From a virus: a DNA stretch of 64,000 bases. This document shows, piece after piece, positions 61,050 through 64,000 of this stretch (positions within the stretch are counted from its first letter, which is position 1; each line of letters starts with the position of its first letter). The notes beneath the pieces are model-generated. The model did not search any database and was not told the DNA's origin. It saw only the letters and a program-made list of their open reading frames with translations. The translations under genes were made by a program, and so were the position numbers. The stretch is taken from the IMG/VR virus record IMGVR_UViG_3300005581_000001, positions 1 to 64,000 of that record; one strand, written 5' to 3'.

Positions 61050-61698
61050 TTTGTTTAATTAGTTTTAAATAAGATTCTTTTGAACAATTATCTAATTTAT
61101 AATTATTTTTTACTATGTTTCTGGTAAAATTATTATTTATTCCATCACCTTTATCTAATTCACACATTATTTGTTCCGTAGTAAGTGATTTACATCCACA
61201 AGGTAACATTAAGATATGATTTGAATTATATCCATAACTTGAACGTAATGGTAGTTCGTTATATTCTACACAGAATATATTACAAGCTAATGTAAATAAC
61301 AATCCTTTATCTATATCTTCAAAATATCTACATAAATTAATAAAGTGTTTTCCAATTACATGAAAAAGATCTTGAGACCCTAATTTCTCATATAAACACC
61401 TAACAACCATTCCAGTATATTGTAAATATGATTTATTTTGACCATTATAATTTAACTTTAGGTACAAATCTTTATTAATGTATACTTCGGTAAAATCAAT
61501 TATTCCTATTTTTTTTATTGATGATAAAAATAAATTTAAATCATCTTCACTATATTCACTATATTTGTAATTTTCCAGTATTATATAGTAATCTCTTTTT
61601 AATCCGTTTTTATTATCAATAATTATTGAATTATTAAAATAACTGAAACAACCTGTTTCTCTATGCATTTCTTTACCTATCATAAAACTATCAGCCAT
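61036..61698 (-). CDS. Hypothetical protein
   Basis: 220-aa ORF overlapping the helicase start. Confidence 0.55.
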   Translation of the reverse strand: MADSFMIGKEMHRETGCFSYFNNSIIIDNKNGLKRDYYIILENYKYSEYSEDDLNLFLSSIKKIGIIDFTEVYINKDLYLKLNYNGQNKSYLQYTGMVVRCLYEKLGSQDLFHVIGKHFINLCRYFEDIDKGLLFTLACNIFCVEYNELPLRSSYGYNSNHILMLPCGCKSLTTEQIMCELDKGDGINNNFTRNIVKNNYKLDNCSKESYLKLIKQNGIK

Positions 61699-61740
61699 AT
61701 TTTCTCATATTTAATTATTTATCTGTTTACTTTAAAAAAA

Positions 61741-61809
61741 ACAAGTAGCCAGGAATCGAACCTGGCTTTACTGTTAGACTTGGCGTATTACCATTCATAC
61801 TATACTTGT
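61741..61809 (-). ncRNA. tRNA-like element (pseudo-tRNA with unpaired anticodon arm)
   Basis: Acceptor ACAAGTA/TACTTGT; U8-A9; D arm GTAT-GAATGGTA-ATAC; T arm CCAGG-TTCGATT-CCTGG; no anticodon stem and no encoded CCA. Confidence 0.6.
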
Positions 61810-61819
61810 TAATTATTTA

Positions 61820-63568
61820 TTATATTCCGCAAGAACCCCCATGACCACTAATTTCACAAATATCGTGGAATTCTTCCTTATATTCGTTTCCTTCGTGTTC
61901 TTTTGCATCTTTATAGGATACTGGAGTTAGCGGTTGTCCACCCCTACTACCGTCTGGGTAACAAGTGAATCCGCGTAATCTTGAGGCGTATTTAGCAAGA
62001 ACTAATGCAAAATCATTAACTCTTGTATCGTTGTTTAATTCTGTTCCCCATTTTGGGATATTTATTGTAGAACTTATTGACATATCAACGTAGTCTTGAA
62101 TATCAGCTTGAAACTTAATCCTTCTTTCAAAGTCTTTAGCCAAATCAATTGCTGTTTCAATTTTGTTGGGGTCTAATCCATATTTATTAATAAGTATTTT
62201 AGCTGTCCCATCTATAACATATTGATAATGCCATTCTTTTTGCCCTTTTAAATATCTTCTTTTATATGCTACTGCAAATAATGGTTCTATTCCAGTTGTT
62301 GTTCCTGCTAATATTCCAATAGTTCCTGTTGGTGCAATAGCTCTGTAAGCTACTGGCTTATTGATTTTTAATTTATTAGCAAGTTCATTAGCACCAGTTT
62401 CTGACCTATGTTGATAAACACTCATCCACTGATGTAATTCTGGAACTACTTCGTATCTATAATTCTTTTTTAATAGCCATTCGTGAACACCCATTAATCC
62501 AAGTCCTAATCTTCTGTTTTTTTCTCTAACATCATACACTTTCTTGTACGGTAAATCAGCTACCATTGTACCACAAAGCAAGAATTTAGAAACTAATTCG
62601 CATACTTCTTCAAATCTTTCGATTGTATCAATATTTGCCATATTTACAGAAGCTAGATTACATACATCACTATCATCTTCAGATGTGACCTCTGTACAAG
62701 CATTTCTAAGTGTTTCTAAGACTTTCTCAAAGAAGTTGAAACTGAAACCTGGTTCGCCAGTTTTCAAAGCTTGGCGACAGTTTTCCAAGAACGTTATAGG
62801 CACCTTAACTATAGGCAAGTTCGCAATTGCAGGCTTACCACCGCGCTTATAAATTTCTTCTAATTTTTTAAAAGGTATTCCGTAGATTTCCTCTAAAAAA
62901 TCATTATCATAATTTAATGAAATATTTGTCATATCTAATGGAGCGGGATAGTTAAAGTCCTTCTCTTTTAGTTGCCCTATAGATAATTGATTACCATTAT
63001 CATCATATGCTCCTGCAACCGGCATTGAATTCCAATCTTTACAATGTAAAAATTCTCCTGCGTCCCCGTGTTTCCAGTTTAATGATGCATAAATAGCACT
63101 TCTTCGAGATCCGCCTTGCATGACTTCTCTTCCTATTTCATTAAGCATTTTCATTTTTGATAGAGGCCCAGAGGCAGTACCTCCAGTTCTTTTAATAATT
63201 GCCCCTCTTTTTCTATAAATAGAATAGTCATTTCCTATTCCGCCTCCAGTCATTAAACAACTTTCAGCTTTCCACGATAAATTAGCCCAATCTTCACGAC
63301 TATCCTCTTCGCTTCTTAACAAATAGCAATTGTTAAAAGCTTTAAATGGTCTTCCGCAATAATATAGATATCTACCGCCAGCGATAAATTCCATATTTGT
63401 ATGCATTTCTTTAAGCTTGGCTTTATCATCCTTGCTTAAATAATCCCTACAAACATCTTCTATTAATGTGTCTGAAAGTTCTTTCCAGTCATTAGCTTTC
63501 TCGTGTTTATATTTATAGTTAAATATATTTTCACTAAATTCAGTTCTAAAATACTTATTCAAATTCAT
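61820..63568 (-). CDS. nrdJ: Ribonucleotide reductase, probably class II (adenosylcobalamin-dependent)
   Basis: FNNC, GGSRRSA, RNACTE, CNLAS, IAPTGT and C-terminal Cys pair; short, no ATP cone; no nrdB-like gene in the window. Confidence 0.75.
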   Translation of the reverse strand: MNLNKYFRTEFSENIFNYKYKHEKANDWKELSDTLIEDVCRDYLSKDDKAKLKEMHTNMEFIAGGRYLYYCGRPFKAFNNCYLLRSEEDSREDWANLSWKAESCLMTGGGIGNDYSIYRKRGAIIKRTGGTASGPLSKMKMLNEIGREVMQGGSRRSAIYASLNWKHGDAGEFLHCKDWNSMPVAGAYDDNGNQLSIGQLKEKDFNYPAPLDMTNISLNYDNDFLEEIYGIPFKKLEEIYKRGGKPAIANLPIVKVPITFLENCRQALKTGEPGFSFNFFEKVLETLRNACTEVTSEDDSDVCNLASVNMANIDTIERFEEVCELVSKFLLCGTMVADLPYKKVYDVREKNRRLGLGLMGVHEWLLKKNYRYEVVPELHQWMSVYQHRSETGANELANKLKINKPVAYRAIAPTGTIGILAGTTTGIEPLFAVAYKRRYLKGQKEWHYQYVIDGTAKILINKYGLDPNKIETAIDLAKDFERRIKFQADIQDYVDMSISSTINIPKWGTELNNDTRVNDFALVLAKYASRLRGFTCYPDGSRGGQPLTPVSYKDAKEHEGNEYKEEFHDICEISGHGGSCGI

Positions 63569-63577
63569 TCGTTATTT

Positions 63578-64000
63578 TTATAATTTCATTGCTATTACAT
63601 CAGCAATTCTAAATGTTTCATCGTGTTTTGACACGTATTGTCCCAATTCAGCATCATCATCTATCTTAACGTTTGCTCTTTTTTCTAATTTTTCTTTAAG
63701 TATTTTATCTTTGTATAACTTTTGTTTAATCGTCAAGATAACATTGATACCTCCATAAACTTTTCCGTACATTACTGTCCAGAATTTCAATATTAATTTT
63801 TTTGCATCATCTCCAAATTTAGAATATTTACTTTCTTGTAAAAAATAATATTCTTTTAAATAATCTTCTGGAAATTTAAAAACATAAACTACTCTATCGC
63901 TATCTTTTATATCTATTATTTTTACGAACAATTCACTATCTATAAGTTGATGTTCATATCTTGTAAACTCAGGATTTTTAAAACTGAATTCAAATAATAG
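63578..64000 (-). CDS. Hypothetical protein (5'-truncated by window)
   Basis: The frame stays open from 64000 (LLFEFSFKNPEFTRYEHQLIDSE) into the 63578-63931 ORF, so the TTG start in the track is probably an edge artefact. Confidence 0.6.
   Translation of the reverse strand, partial: LLFEFSFKNPEFTRYEHQLIDSELFVKIIDIKDSDRVVYVFKFPEDYLKEYYFLQESKYSKFGDDAKKLILKFWTVMYGKVYGGINVILTIKQKLYKDKILKEKLEKRANVKIDDDAELGQYVSKHDETFRIADVIAMKL

Noticed and set aside
61741-61809. Functional amber suppressor tRNA
   Set aside because: The anticodon stem cannot pair and there is no sign of TAG recoding; kept only as a tRNA-like element
567-62852. Short antisense or alternate-frame ORFs in the track (e.g. 7000-7404, 13314-13775, 39232-39618, 62544-62852)
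   Set aside because: All lie inside long confident genes and lack motifs; they look like shadow ORFs
1-64000. Stop-codon reassignment (TAG or TGA), known in some crAss-like phages
   Set aside because: ORFs up to 7.5 kb are intact and densely packed in the standard code; TGA occurs in ATGA couplings, and read-through of the TAG at 17878-17880 would not join the next ORF in frame
1-64000. CRISPR array or rRNA genes
   Set aside because: No regularly spaced repeats, and no intergenic region long enough

Overview
About 64 kb of an AT-rich crAss-like (Crassvirales-type) podophage genome in the standard genetic code. The host is probably a Bacteroidota species (Flavobacteriia-like), judging from TAnnTTTG promoter motifs and host-like surface-protein domains. 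The + strand (1-56.7 kb) carries the virion module: terminase, portal, major capsid, ring and hub proteins, fibres and spikes, an embedded lysis cassette with a GH19 endolysin, an exonuclease moron, a GIY-YIG homing endonuclease, tail tube and muzzle. It ends with five large ejected 'cargo' proteins, including a 2495-aa virion RNA polymerase (DFDVD) and a zincin-domain protein, with a ferritin gene between them. After a bidirectional terminator the - strand carries small ORFs, an endonuclease VII-type nuclease, a metallophosphoesterase, an SF2 helicase, a tRNA-like element and a probable class II ribonucleotide reductase. Most notable observations: (1) the virion RNAP ends in tandem NADAR and macrodomain-like domains, a possible virion-delivered eraser of DNA ADP-ribosylation; (2) the three giant cargo proteins have cysteines almost only at facing termini, suggesting a head-to-tail disulfide chain; (3) the endonuclease VII gene appears to have inserted while supplying a recoded 3' end for its target gene; (4) a 26-nt element lies exactly 77 nt upstream of two late promoters. 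All family calls come from motif recognition and synteny; no database search was run.
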